A stretch of DNA of 64,000 bases from Candidatus Obscuribacteraceae bacterium (GTDB lineage: Bacteria > Cyanobacteriota > Vampirovibrionia > Obscuribacterales > Obscuribacteraceae), in NCBI GenBank assembly GCA_044226015.1, contig JBGAHS010000002.1, positions 979,435 to 1,043,434 on the forward strand, in the 5' to 3' direction. The position numbers and the translations under genes are program-made. Shown piece by piece: positions 10,506 to 19,705 of the stretch. Numbering within the stretch: the first letter of the stretch is position 1; every line of letters begins with the position of its first letter. The notes beneath the pieces were generated by a model, which saw only the letters and a program-made list of their open reading frames with translations, had not been told where the DNA came from and did not search any database.

Positions 10506-10751
10506 TCACCCCCCAGCGACTGGTGGTATGAACACTATTTCATCGCCACTTTTGAGTACGGCTTCCCACGGGCAAAATTCGCTATTTCTCGCAACTCTTA
10601 AAGTGTTGATGGATAAAGCAAAGCCATACTTTTCCTTGAGTTCCTCATAGAAATCAGCGAGTGTATTGGCTTCAGTTGCACACTCCTCGCTGGAAACGCC
10701 TCGTTTCTCGCGAAAGAGCGCAAAATAGCTAACTTTTACAGTTTTGCTCAT
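10506..10751 (-). CDS. moaD: Molybdopterin synthase sulfur carrier
   Basis: YFALFRE, C-terminal FIPPVAGG; first gene of the Moco operon. Confidence 0.95.
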   Translation of the reverse strand: MSKTVKVSYFALFREKRGVSSEECATEANTLADFYEELKEKYGFALSINTLRVARNSEFCPWEAVLKSGDEIVFIPPVAGG

Positions 10752-10921
10752 AACAGCACCTCTTGTACAAGTTTAATACGTAGCAGGCCTTTACACCCAC
10801 TTGTCAACGCAATGTTCACATTTGCGCTTATCCGCACAAATGAGCTTTTACTCTCGAATTCCACAATATTTTTACCTGCGATTTCTAAGCTTAGTGTCAT
10901 AGCCCAAACGAGGACAAAACA

Positions 10922-11065
10922 ATGGAACTAGCAAACCCCGAAGCGAACAAGCCGACGCATACTCGGCTGATCCTGGTTCTACTAGCATTTTTATTTTCGC
11001 TATCGGGAGGAGACTATGTAAAAATACTAAGAGAGCTGCTTCATTGTCGAAGTAAATCTAAATGA
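10922..11065 (+). CDS. Putative 47-aa single-TM small protein (not in the ORF track)
   Basis: GAGG RBS; MELANPEANKPTHTRLILVLLAFLFSLSGGDYVKILRELLHCRSKSK. Confidence 0.45.
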   Translation: MELANPEANKPTHTRLILVLLAFLFSLSGGDYVKILRELLHCRSKSK

Positions 11066-11097
11066 GCCCTCGTCTTTGACTTGCTAGAGAATTCATC

Positions 11098-11397
11098 ATG
11101 CAGAATAAAACAGATACACGCGGAGAACTCATTACGTGGTATCTCGCTAAATTGAGAAAAAATGCTCAGCAAAGTACCCGAGAGCGTAAGTTGACGCCGA
11201 TGACTCTGGTGGAAACAGACAGACATTTGATTCAAGAGCTGGTCATGAGTTCGCAACTCGATATTGAACAAAAGACAGCCAATGTGCTTGAAACTATTCA
11301 AAAGCAAAACAAGGGAATCAGAGACAGCCTCTCAGCACTTATTGTCTTGACGGCAATTGTTGCAGCGGGGCTCTTCCTACTTGCATTCCTCAATTGA
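11098..11397 (+). CDS. Hypothetical protein with C-terminal membrane anchor
   Basis: Helical body ending in hydrophobic LIVLTAIVAAGLFLLAFL. Confidence 0.6.
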   Translation: MQNKTDTRGELITWYLAKLRKNAQQSTRERKLTPMTLVETDRHLIQELVMSSQLDIEQKTANVLETIQKQNKGIRDSLSALIVLTAIVAAGLFLLAFLN

Positions 11398-11409
11398 GAA
11401 TCAAGAACT

Positions 11410-12111
11410 CTATTCGCCCGCGACGGTATCTGGGGCATCAGAAACCGAAATAACATAACCTTCGTTTTTATTTGTCGCAATCCCAACTACCGTGCCGGAA
11501 GCCGCGAGCTTCTTTCTCAAATTCTTCACATGGACTTTTACCAGTTGCTTCGAGACCTGAGGCTTGTCTGACCAGAGGCGAGATAGCATAGACTCTGTAG
11601 AAAACACTGTGTCAGGATTACGTGCAAACAGTTTGAAAATTTCAAACTCAATAGGAGAAAGCTGTAGCTTGTCTGTGCCCTTCAAAACCTCGTGAGAATC
11701 TAACTTTATCTCAAGGTCACCTATGAGAAAACAGCGCTCTTCATTCTTACCATGACGACGCAAAAGAGCCCTGATGCGAGCAGACAGCTCCTCAAGCGAA
11801 CAGGGCTTCACGAGGTAATCGTACGCACCCACATCGAGTCCATGAACACGATCATCAAGAGAGCCACGCGAGGTCAGCATCAAAATTGGAACCTGACTAC
11901 CTTCATTGCGCACTGTCTCGCAAATTTTGGACCCTTCCATTCCCGGCAACTGCCAATCAAGAATGGCAAGGTCATAAGCATAGTGGCGCAGCATCTCGAG
12001 CCCTTCCAGGCCGTTTGCAACAGTGTCTACTACATGCTTTTCCTTTTCGAGCCAGGCTTTCAAATTGGACGAAACAGATAGGTCGTCTTCAACAAGAAGA
12101 ATTTTTGCCAT
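11410..12111 (-). CDS. OmpR-family response regulator
   Basis: MAKILLVEDD, ILDWQLPG, GAYDYLVKP, VHVKNLRKKL. Confidence 0.95.
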   Translation of the reverse strand: MAKILLVEDDLSVSSNLKAWLEKEKHVVDTVANGLEGLEMLRHYAYDLAILDWQLPGMEGSKICETVRNEGSQVPILMLTSRGSLDDRVHGLDVGAYDYLVKPCSLEELSARIRALLRRHGKNEERCFLIGDLEIKLDSHEVLKGTDKLQLSPIEFEIFKLFARNPDTVFSTESMLSRLWSDKPQVSKQLVKVHVKNLRKKLAASGTVVGIATNKNEGYVISVSDAPDTVAGE

Positions 12112-12250
12112 TGGAATCCATCACGAAATGCGATTGCATAATCATATCGAAAGATCACCGTTTAATCCATGTTCACCTTGCCAAGACCGGCTGCTCTATT
12201 TGTCCCGCAAAGCTTTGATGCTACGATAGTTCAGCGAACGAACCACTCAG

Positions 12251-13624
12251 ATGAAGCTAGAGAACCCAATCAAATTATTACTAGTACTGGTGTCAGCAAA
12301 TGCGCTGTTTTTTGCCGCAATTGCTTTTTTGATCAAAAGCAGTTCAAGCTCCGCTGATGAGAAAATGCACTTGATCTTGCTCTGCGCAGTCGGCTTCACC
12401 CTTGCTTCTGTCGCGGCAATATTTGCTGGCAAACGACTTTTGAAGAATTTCGTTGAACCTCTCGAAGAGTCTGCTAGCAGAATGAATGCCGTCCTAGACA
12501 CTGACTCAAAGAGTTCTAGCCTGAAGGATCTATGCAACGCTCTCATTACGAGATTGGAAACCGCTACACAAAGAGAGCGCTTAATTGCAGACTACTCTTC
12601 TGACTTGCTTTTCTGTTTGGATGGAGAACGCAAGATTCTGGATCTAAATGCACAGGCGGAGTCTGTTCTTGAATATCCGCCCATCACCTTGCTGGCAACT
12701 CCGATTGATGTGGTGGTTTTTAAGGAAGATATCAACGATCAACTTCTCTATTTTGAAGCGTGCAAGATTCAAGAGCAGCAAAAGTTTCTCGAAACCAGAG
12801 TGATGTCTCGCACTGGCAAGGTGCTGGATCTTGAATGGCAAGTAGAATGGTCGCAAAAACTATCGCAGTATTATTGCCTGGCTCGAAACATAACTGAGCG
12901 CAAAGAAGCACAACGTTTGAAAGCTGAGATTACTGCAATGGTAGGACATGACTTGCGGGCTCCAGCATCTTCACTTTCCTTTCTACTGCAGAATTTGAAG
13001 GCTGGAACTTTTGGTAATTTACCAGCCGAAGCAGTAGAAAAAGTAAATCGCGCCAGCGACAATGTCGAAACTATGCTAAAGCTCATCAATCAGCTGCTTG
13101 ATGCGGAAAAGCTCGATGGTGGACAGATGGAAGTTGAGCTAAAGATAATTCCACTGAGCGAACTCTACGAGACCTGTACGGATCTCTTAAGTGATTTGGC
13201 CAGCAGAAAATCCATCACCATCACATTCCCAGAAGAAAGCAGCAGTATGGTCATGGCAGATTTTGACCGTTGCGTGCAGATTCTCTGCAATCTCCTCTCG
13301 AATGCAATTAAGTGGTCACCGGAAAATTCGCGTGTGGAAATTAGTGAAGCACAAGAAGGAAAAAGCATTTGCATTAAGGTCAAAGACTGCGGACCAGGCA
13401 TAGAGAAAGAGCGTCAGGAATCAATTTTTCATCGTTTCAAATCCGTTGATACCAGAGCAGATAAATCACTTGCAAGTACAGGGCTCGGCTTGTACATCGC
13501 AAAAAAACTCATCGAATTGCAAAATGGCAACATTTCAGTTGAAAGCGAACCAGGGCACGGAAGCACTTTTACAATCTGCCTTAAACGGGTTCGCGAGGTC
13601 GATCTGCCCGGTTATTTGGATTAA
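12251..13624 (+). CDS. Membrane PAS-domain sensor histidine kinase
   Basis: Two TM segments, PAS ending RNITERK, H-box GHDLRAP, NLLSNAIK, DCGPGI, GLGL. Confidence 0.93.
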   Translation: MKLENPIKLLLVLVSANALFFAAIAFLIKSSSSSADEKMHLILLCAVGFTLASVAAIFAGKRLLKNFVEPLEESASRMNAVLDTDSKSSSLKDLCNALITRLETATQRERLIADYSSDLLFCLDGERKILDLNAQAESVLEYPPITLLATPIDVVVFKEDINDQLLYFEACKIQEQQKFLETRVMSRTGKVLDLEWQVEWSQKLSQYYCLARNITERKEAQRLKAEITAMVGHDLRAPASSLSFLLQNLKAGTFGNLPAEAVEKVNRASDNVETMLKLINQLLDAEKLDGGQMEVELKIIPLSELYETCTDLLSDLASRKSITITFPEESSSMVMADFDRCVQILCNLLSNAIKWSPENSRVEISEAQEGKSICIKVKDCGPGIEKERQESIFHRFKSVDTRADKSLASTGLGLYIAKKLIELQNGNISVESEPGHGSTFTICLKRVREVDLPGYLD

Positions 13625-13735
13625 AGAATTTAGCGAGAGGCTGACACACGGAATTCGCCAATTCTCAAAGTTAATACAAAAAGCAGAAAGAGATGCTCAT
13701 ATGAGCATCCCTCACTACTACCGTCCAACAAATTA

Positions 13736-14920
13736 CTAGCGTCGGAAATTGCCACCAACGGCGATATTCCAATCGTCATCCCATCCGCCATAGGTGCGAA
13801 TTGGAATGTTGCCGTTTCGAGTGACAATCTGAACATTGTCCCATGTGCCTCGAGCGGGATCCCACGCGCCAAGATACAGATCGGCGCCAAATCCTTTGCG
13901 GTCAAAATTATTGACACGGCTCAGTAGCTGATCTTGAGCATACATGTCACCGCGCAGATTGTAGAGGTCTTCGCTGAGTTCCGCAGCAGCACCAACAGCA
14001 TTTCCTGTGTCAAGCTGGAATGCGATGTTACTCGCTTCGCGCCCTATATTGTCATTCCACCGTGGATAGTTTGGACTCTGCCTCCAGAACCAGTCGTCCC
14101 AGCCATGGTGCCAGCGATTCTGATCATGCCAGCCCCAGTGATGTCCAGGTTCTGGACCCCAACGATGCCCGCCCGGAAAACCATGATCTGGTGGATGAGG
14201 TCTTGGATGCGGATGTGGTTCTGGCCTCGGAGGATGTGGTTCCGGCCTCGGAGGATGCGGTTCTGGCCTCGGAGGATGCGGCTGCGGCCTCGGAGGATGT
14301 GGCTCCGGTCTCGGAGGATGTGGTTCTGGTCTCGGAGGATGCGGTTGCGGCCTCGGAGGATGTGGTTCCGGTCTCGGAGGATGCGGTTCTGGCCTCGGAG
14401 GATGCGGTTGCGGCCTCGGAGGATGTGGTTCCGGTCTCGGAGGATGTGGTTCCGGTCTCGGAGGATGTGGTTCCGGTCTCGGAGGATGCGGTTCTGGCCT
14501 CGGAGGATGTGGTTGCGGCCTCGGAGGATGCGGTTCCGGTCTCGGAGGATGCGGTTCTGGTCTCGGAGGATGCGGTTGCGGCCTCGGAGGATGTGGTTCC
14601 GGTCTCGGAGGATGCGGCTGAGGCCTCGGCACATCATGCCCGCCACCTGGACGTGGGAATCCGCCACCACCACCACCTGGGTGCGGTCTGGGCACATCGT
14701 GCCCGCCACCAGGACGCGGAAATCCGCCACCACCACCACCTGGGTGCGGTCTTGGCACATCATGCCCACCGCCTGGTCTCCCACCACCACCGCCTGGTCG
14801 TCCGCCACCACCACCGCCACCACGTAATTCAAACGCGATTTCTTCGTTCAATGCCGAGTTTCTATTTTCCTGCACCTTTCCCGGCGTATCTTTTGCAGGT
14901 TGAAAATTCTCAATTGCCAT
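13736..14920 (-). CDS. Gly/Pro/His tandem-repeat protein with a globular C-terminal domain
   Basis: Only frame spanning the repeat with protein-like unique N- and C-termini; GAGA RBS-like sequence upstream. Confidence 0.75.
   Translation of the reverse strand: MAIENFQPAKDTPGKVQENRNSALNEEIAFELRGGGGGGGRPGGGGGRPGGGHDVPRPHPGGGGGGFPRPGGGHDVPRPHPGGGGGGFPRPGGGHDVPRPQPHPPRPEPHPPRPQPHPPRPEPHPPRPEPHPPRPQPHPPRPEPHPPRPEPHPPRPEPHPPRPEPHPPRPQPHPPRPEPHPPRPEPHPPRPQPHPPRPEPHPPRPEPHPPRPQPHPPRPEPHPPRPEPHPPRPEPHPHPRPHPPDHGFPGGHRWGPEPGHHWGWHDQNRWHHGWDDWFWRQSPNYPRWNDNIGREASNIAFQLDTGNAVGAAAELSEDLYNLRGDMYAQDQLLSRVNNFDRKGFGADLYLGAWDPARGTWDNVQIVTRNGNIPIRTYGGWDDDWNIAVGGNFRR
14210..14629 (-). repeat. 20 tandem copies of a 21-bp unit encoding PRP(E/Q)PHP
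   Basis: Plus-strand unit of the type cctcggaggatgtggttccgg repeated head-to-tail with synonymous variants; 420 bp. Confidence 0.95.
14621..14780 (-). repeat. About 2.5 copies of a 63-bp unit encoding [21 protein letters not shown]
   Basis: Visible in DNA (aatccgccaccaccaccacctgggtgcggtc occurs twice) and in the translation. Confidence 0.85.
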
Positions 14921-15320
14921 ATTCTGTTCTCACCCAATGTCTTAGCAGTTTCTAAGCGCCAAACCATCACACAGTAATTGCTCCCCACCTCAGTAAACAA
15001 TTCACCAAACACAGTTACAATGCGGTTTTTACGCTTAGCCAAGCTTAAGGTAGGAAGATCAAAAAGAATATTGAGTGTTTATCAAGCTTTGAAGCAAGCT
15101 TGTAATTAATCTCATTCTTTTGTTGTCCAAAAACAGGAGGAACCGTATATCGGCAGATATTGCGCCTGTCGGCTATTTCAACTTTGCCGCAAGTGCTTGT
15201 CATAGAGCGAATGCCACCACTATTAGTTGCACGTAATATTGAATACGCACCTGATTCTCGATCCCTTTAACAAACGGCACATCGTGAACATCGGTCAGAA
15301 TCGCGCTTCGGCAAGCATAA

Positions 15321-16445
15321 CTATGCCGACCATATGCTCTTCTTGTTCCTTACTTTCCAAATAAAACCATCTAATACGTAGTGCGTTGATTGGGGCAATG
15401 CCAAAAACGGAATTAGTAAAGCCATGATGCTTTTGTCAGCAATGGCTGGCAGCACGACAAAAGGTGCAAACACATTAAGGTGTTCTCTCCAAATAAAACC
15501 ATCCCAGAGACCCTCTTCCAAATAAGCACAAACAAATAACAGAAGGATGAATGCAGGCAGATACCTTGCACAAACAGAAGCCAACATCTCTAGTAAGGGA
15601 GAGGCTTCACGCACTTCAGATTGCGAACTCGTCGGCTTATGCATGTACATCCAGATAAGTGCCATGTAAGGAACACCATGACTAATCACATTCACAAGTG
15701 TAAAAGACAAATCCGAATTGATTGCGATAATCGCCACCCACCAACTGAAGGCTGTTCCAAGAATGGTTAGAAGCTTGGGCCAATTTATGATCTTCAATCG
15801 TGAAAATAGAAAGCACTCCTTAAGCAAAAAAAGCACAGCACTTATTGCATAAAGAAGAAAACCTACATCAGCAAGAAATGCAGGTGTCGACTCGACGAAA
15901 TCGCCCTCAACAAACCAATTGAAGTTACGTGGCATATGAGTATGCCAAAACACTAGCGGAAATAAAACTGCAGCGTACAAACAAAACTGATCGAGAATCT
16001 GAAACCTTCTAGCTAGCGGCGAGTCAGTCCTTGAGTACAGCGCCAGAAAACCGTACTGTTGGCGCATAAAGTGAAACACCGCTAAGTATGCCAGACAACG
16101 CCAGAAGAAAAGTGCATCCACTGAGTAGAGCATCGCTCCAACAGCCCAACACACTATCGGTATACCAATTAGCAAGGATTTGTGCTGCTGCCAGGCGTTT
16201 TGGTTCAAATAGGTGCGGAACAATGTTGCGTAGACATGGGCCACATCGACAAAAAGAACGAAGCTAACCCATGCCCATAGAGGTAACGCTTGAAACTGCT
16301 CGATCTGTGGCTTCAGTACAAGAGCAAGACCAGCACTAATAAATGCTGGTCCAATTATCCACAACCCATCATAGGCAGCAGACTTCAACCACGGCTGCCG
16401 AAATTCAACACCTTCGCCTGCGGAATCTATTAGAGTTTGCATCAT
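15321..16445 (-). CDS. Polytopic membrane protein with conserved-looking His motifs
   Basis: Many TM segments; DVAHVYATL, FHFMRQQYG, SHGVPY, THYVLDGFIW; ATGA overlap with the upstream oxidase. Confidence 0.8.
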   Translation of the reverse strand: MMQTLIDSAGEGVEFRQPWLKSAAYDGLWIIGPAFISAGLALVLKPQIEQFQALPLWAWVSFVLFVDVAHVYATLFRTYLNQNAWQQHKSLLIGIPIVCWAVGAMLYSVDALFFWRCLAYLAVFHFMRQQYGFLALYSRTDSPLARRFQILDQFCLYAAVLFPLVFWHTHMPRNFNWFVEGDFVESTPAFLADVGFLLYAISAVLFLLKECFLFSRLKIINWPKLLTILGTAFSWWVAIIAINSDLSFTLVNVISHGVPYMALIWMYMHKPTSSQSEVREASPLLEMLASVCARYLPAFILLLFVCAYLEEGLWDGFIWREHLNVFAPFVVLPAIADKSIMALLIPFLALPQSTHYVLDGFIWKVRNKKSIWSA

Positions 16446-18061
16446 ACCTTTAACTCTGTAAGTACCCGCCGCGCACACTCGACTCCCTGATACTGAGCCT
16501 CTTCGAAGTTGGAAATTCCACTCATGTCAGAATGTGCAAAATGAATTCGTCCCATTCTCTGACTCATAGAGCGTCTAGATTCGCCCCAAATATGGCCAGG
16601 GCGAGGAGAAACCATTCCATGCCCCCACCGCCACATATCGATTGAAAGAATATTGCTACTGATTCCTGGATGCATTTTTTCCAAATCGTCGAGAATGACC
16701 TTCTTCCAATCTGTCATGCTCGCCTTCAGTAACTTCATGCGAGAAATATCGGTTGGGTCGGAGGATAAAGGATAGTAATAGGTAAGAACTGTTGGTCCTT
16801 GCCTGGTACTGATGTTCTGATGTGTCGCAACAACATATCCGAGTGAGGGACTGTAATAGCTGACATTGTCCCATGCAAGGTCTTCGCCGCGCGCTGCGGG
16901 CACTTTGGATACTGTAAGGTTCGCCACCATCCACGGTGCATAAGCAGGAAGAGAAGAACTGTCAACTTTTGCATCATCTAAAACATGCTTAGCAACAAAT
17001 CTGGGTGCAGCAAAAATTAGCTGCTCTGCAGCATAGCCATCAGAGCCATTGTCCTTATTCAGGACTGATAATAGAACACGCCCCTCTCTTTCTTTGGCCT
17101 TATAAACTATTGCAGCAGGAACAATGTGCTCACTCAACTTTTCTCGCAACTTGGACACGAGATAGCCATTTCCCTCGGGCCAGGTGACAACCGCGTTGTT
17201 CTCAGCATTGGCAGCGCGACCTCGTCTTCCAGCAAAGTAATGCAGGCCTGCCCAGGCTGAAACATCGGCAATACCTACTCCGTAATCATCTCTACAGCAA
17301 TAGTTCACGTACCATAGAAGCGCCTTAGAATCGAACCCCTTTGACTCAAGCCATTCTTTCATCGAAAGCTTATCGAGTTCCAAAAATTCTTTGTCCCGAG
17401 AGCTCAGATCAAGTGGAATTGCAAATGCTTTTTTTCCATCTGAACCTACTTTTTCACGCAGCTGAGCAAGCTCATCAAAGAACAGCGCCATTTGTTTAGT
17501 ATCCGACGGCTGCAATCCCTTTTTAGGGACTAATCCTTCTTGAAAGCTACCATCCTTCAACAAGCGCTCCTGCGGCTCGTGACACAAGAACAGCTCATCA
17601 TAAACTGGCAAATTTGTGTCCTTGTTTATATCGGTGATTACTCCAATTTCTTTGAAGAATTCCATTACATACTCAGACTCTTCGTTGGCTAAAGGCACAT
17701 AATGTGCAGCCCAGGGAAAAGAACTCACCGAGTTTTTTCCGGAACGCGAATTCCCTCCGACTTCATCTTCAAGTTCAAAAATTTTGAAATCACTGAAATT
17801 ATGCTTTTTCAGCCACCATCCAGCCGACAGCCCAGCAATGCCGGCCCCGACAATTGCGACTCTCAGAGGTTTTGACTCACGCGCAGGAAAGAGATCCGGC
17901 GCCCAGAGTTTATGTCCTCTCTCAAGCGAAGGACCTAACATACGGCAAGGGATGCGATCCTTACGTATATATTGTTCATAAAGAACCTTGCCCGCTACAC
18001 TGGCAGAACCCAAACCAATCAGCCCCTTGACGAAACTAGAGCGGCTAATGCGTTTCGACAT
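16442..18061 (-). CDS. FAD-dependent amine-oxidase-like oxidoreductase
   Basis: GAGIAGLSAG dinucleotide-binding motif, GGNSRSG, WGHGM, FAHSDMSG; Tat-like N-terminus (RISRSSFVKG). Confidence 0.88.
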   Translation of the reverse strand: MSKRISRSSFVKGLIGLGSASVAGKVLYEQYIRKDRIPCRMLGPSLERGHKLWAPDLFPARESKPLRVAIVGAGIAGLSAGWWLKKHNFSDFKIFELEDEVGGNSRSGKNSVSSFPWAAHYVPLANEESEYVMEFFKEIGVITDINKDTNLPVYDELFLCHEPQERLLKDGSFQEGLVPKKGLQPSDTKQMALFFDELAQLREKVGSDGKKAFAIPLDLSSRDKEFLELDKLSMKEWLESKGFDSKALLWYVNYCCRDDYGVGIADVSAWAGLHYFAGRRGRAANAENNAVVTWPEGNGYLVSKLREKLSEHIVPAAIVYKAKEREGRVLLSVLNKDNGSDGYAAEQLIFAAPRFVAKHVLDDAKVDSSSLPAYAPWMVANLTVSKVPAARGEDLAWDNVSYYSPSLGYVVATHQNISTRQGPTVLTYYYPLSSDPTDISRMKLLKASMTDWKKVILDDLEKMHPGISSNILSIDMWRWGHGMVSPRPGHIWGESRRSMSQRMGRIHFAHSDMSGISNFEEAQYQGVECARRVLTELKV

Positions 18062-19547
18062 ATTCGCTCCACTCTGATTCAAACATGTGCACCAGCGCCT
18101 GATTATTCAACTTATTAACAAGATGCTCTGTCGGCATCATGTCCGCCGGAAAATGCAACATTTGAGAGAATGCATCTGCGGACAAATAGCGCAGTCCATC
18201 AGGATACTTAGTGGCAGCGACAAATGGTCGCTTCGAAGCAATCACATAGCCCCAATCTCCAAATGACGGAACATAGGCATGATATGGCGTGGTGTTCAAT
18301 CCAACAGTGTGCAGAGTATTCACAACACACCAATAGGAATTCTTAGCAAAATAAGGTGATGTACTCTGAATTACTATCAAACCATCGTCTTTCAACACGC
18401 TTTTCAATGTGCTGTAGAAAGTATCTGTATAAAGCTTCCCGAGTGAAAAATTGCTAGGGTCAGGAAAATCAACCGCAATAAAATCAAATTTGTTTTTGCA
18501 CTTCCGCAGCCAGAGAAATGCATCATCGTTGATTACTTGCACCTTTGGATTGTTCAGCGAATCTTGATTCAGCTCTGAGAAAAGCCCCTTGGATTTGAAC
18601 AGGTTGGTCATCTCTTTGTCTAAATCGACAAGCGTGATGTGCTGTACTGATGGGTACCTTAGCAGCTCACGCACGGCCATTCCGTCACCGCCACCGAGAA
18701 CAAGGACTTCTTGGGGATCCTTCAAGCTAGCCATGGATGGATGAATCAAGGCTTCGTGATAGCGGTATTCATCACGCGAGCTGAACTGCAAGTTTCCGTT
18801 CAGAAACAACTTAAAATCCTTTCCACTCCCGGTCAGGACGATGCGCTGATAAGGTGTAGAAGTTGAATAAATGACGTTTTCAGAAAATGTTGTTGATTCT
18901 GACAGAGTCATGATTTTGTCAGAGAAGGCAAAGCCCGATACCATAAAAATGATCAGACCATAAGCCAGCGTCCTGAACAGTCGCAGCCAGGGCATTTCTT
19001 CTCTGAACAAATGGATAGTCCAGATTGCAACACTTACGTTGAGTATGCCAAAGAGAAAAGAAGAACGAACAAGCCCAAGCACTGGCACTAAAACAAGGGG
19101 AAACAATACTGACGCAATTAATGCTCCGATGTAGTCGAAGGTAAAAACCTGCGATACAAGCTCCTTAAACTGCAAGCGATCCTTCAAAACTTGCATAAGT
19201 AGCGGCACTTCCATACCAATTAGAATGCCGATCGCACTGACTATCAAATAGAGAAGCACCTTAAAGTTATCGACATGGTTAAACAAGAGAAATAAAGTCG
19301 CAGCCGAGCAGCCACCAATAAGTCCGACCATGAGTTCAATTTGCACAAATGTGGCAATAATGTTCTTTTCGATAAAGCGAGAGAAATAAGACCCCACTCC
19401 CATAGAAAACAAGTAGACGCCAATTACAATCGAAAATTGAGTAACCGAGTCTCCTAATAAATAGCTAGCAACCGTACCGGCTATCAACTCGTATACAAGA
19501 CCACAAGTCGAGATTATGAATGCAGTTATGAGAAGTGGATAAGTCAC
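18045..19547 (-). CDS. speE: Membrane-bound polyamine aminopropyltransferase (spermidine synthase-like)
   Basis: N-terminal TM domain (CGLVYEL), LQFSSRDEYRYHEAL, LGGGDG, DFPDP, VPSFGDWG. Confidence 0.9.
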   Translation of the reverse strand: MTYPLLITAFIISTCGLVYELIAGTVASYLLGDSVTQFSIVIGVYLFSMGVGSYFSRFIEKNIIATFVQIELMVGLIGGCSAATLFLLFNHVDNFKVLLYLIVSAIGILIGMEVPLLMQVLKDRLQFKELVSQVFTFDYIGALIASVLFPLVLVPVLGLVRSSFLFGILNVSVAIWTIHLFREEMPWLRLFRTLAYGLIIFMVSGFAFSDKIMTLSESTTFSENVIYSTSTPYQRIVLTGSGKDFKLFLNGNLQFSSRDEYRYHEALIHPSMASLKDPQEVLVLGGGDGMAVRELLRYPSVQHITLVDLDKEMTNLFKSKGLFSELNQDSLNNPKVQVINDDAFLWLRKCKNKFDFIAVDFPDPSNFSLGKLYTDTFYSTLKSVLKDDGLIVIQSTSPYFAKNSYWCVVNTLHTVGLNTTPYHAYVPSFGDWGYVIASKRPFVAATKYPDGLRYLSADAFSQMLHFPADMMPTEHLVNKLNNQALVHMFESEWSEYVETH

Positions 19548-19561
19548 ATAAGCTCCATTGT

Positions 19562-19705
19562 TTACTTATGAAAGCGAGCGGCACTTCCTGTAGGCTTATC
19601 AGCCGCACCTGCGTCAGCCAGTCCCAGCCTGGTTCCCGATCCATACAGAAAGAAGAACCAAGCCAAAATACAAACGCAATAAACAATGTAGAACTTGTTC
19701 ATCAT
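19562..19705 (-). CDS. 47-aa small membrane protein inside the operon (not in the ORF track)
   Basis: MMNKFYIVYCVCILAWFFFLYGSGTRLGLADAGAADKPTGSAARFHK; its ATG overlaps the upstream TGA (ATGA) and its stop lies just before the speE RBS. Confidence 0.75.
   Translation of the reverse strand: MMNKFYIVYCVCILAWFFFLYGSGTRLGLADAGAADKPTGSAARFHK

Noticed and set aside
10752..10921. Moco riboswitch upstream of moaD
   Set aside because: The leader is short, with a TTGACA close to the start, and I see no multi-stem structure; an Rfam search would be needed to be certain.
14210..14629. Repeat array as a possible CRISPR
   Set aside because: The units are head-to-tail 21-mers with no unique spacers, are in frame within a CDS, and no cas genes are present.
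14816..14920. [12 protein letters not shown] as a double-glycine RiPP/bacteriocin leader
   Set aside because: Only a loose match, the GG is the start of a poly-Gly run, and no C39 peptidase transporter or modifying enzymes are nearby.
13934..14955. Long alternative-frame ORFs (RRMW, SEDVV and RNRIL repeats)
   Set aside because: They stay open only because the 21-bp repeat lacks stops; variation among units is mostly synonymous in the PRPEPHP frame.
15139..15143. Other intergenic GGAAC pentamers (15139, 30391, 40376)
   Set aside because: No CGTC-like element 16 nt downstream, so they are not counted as regulon promoters.
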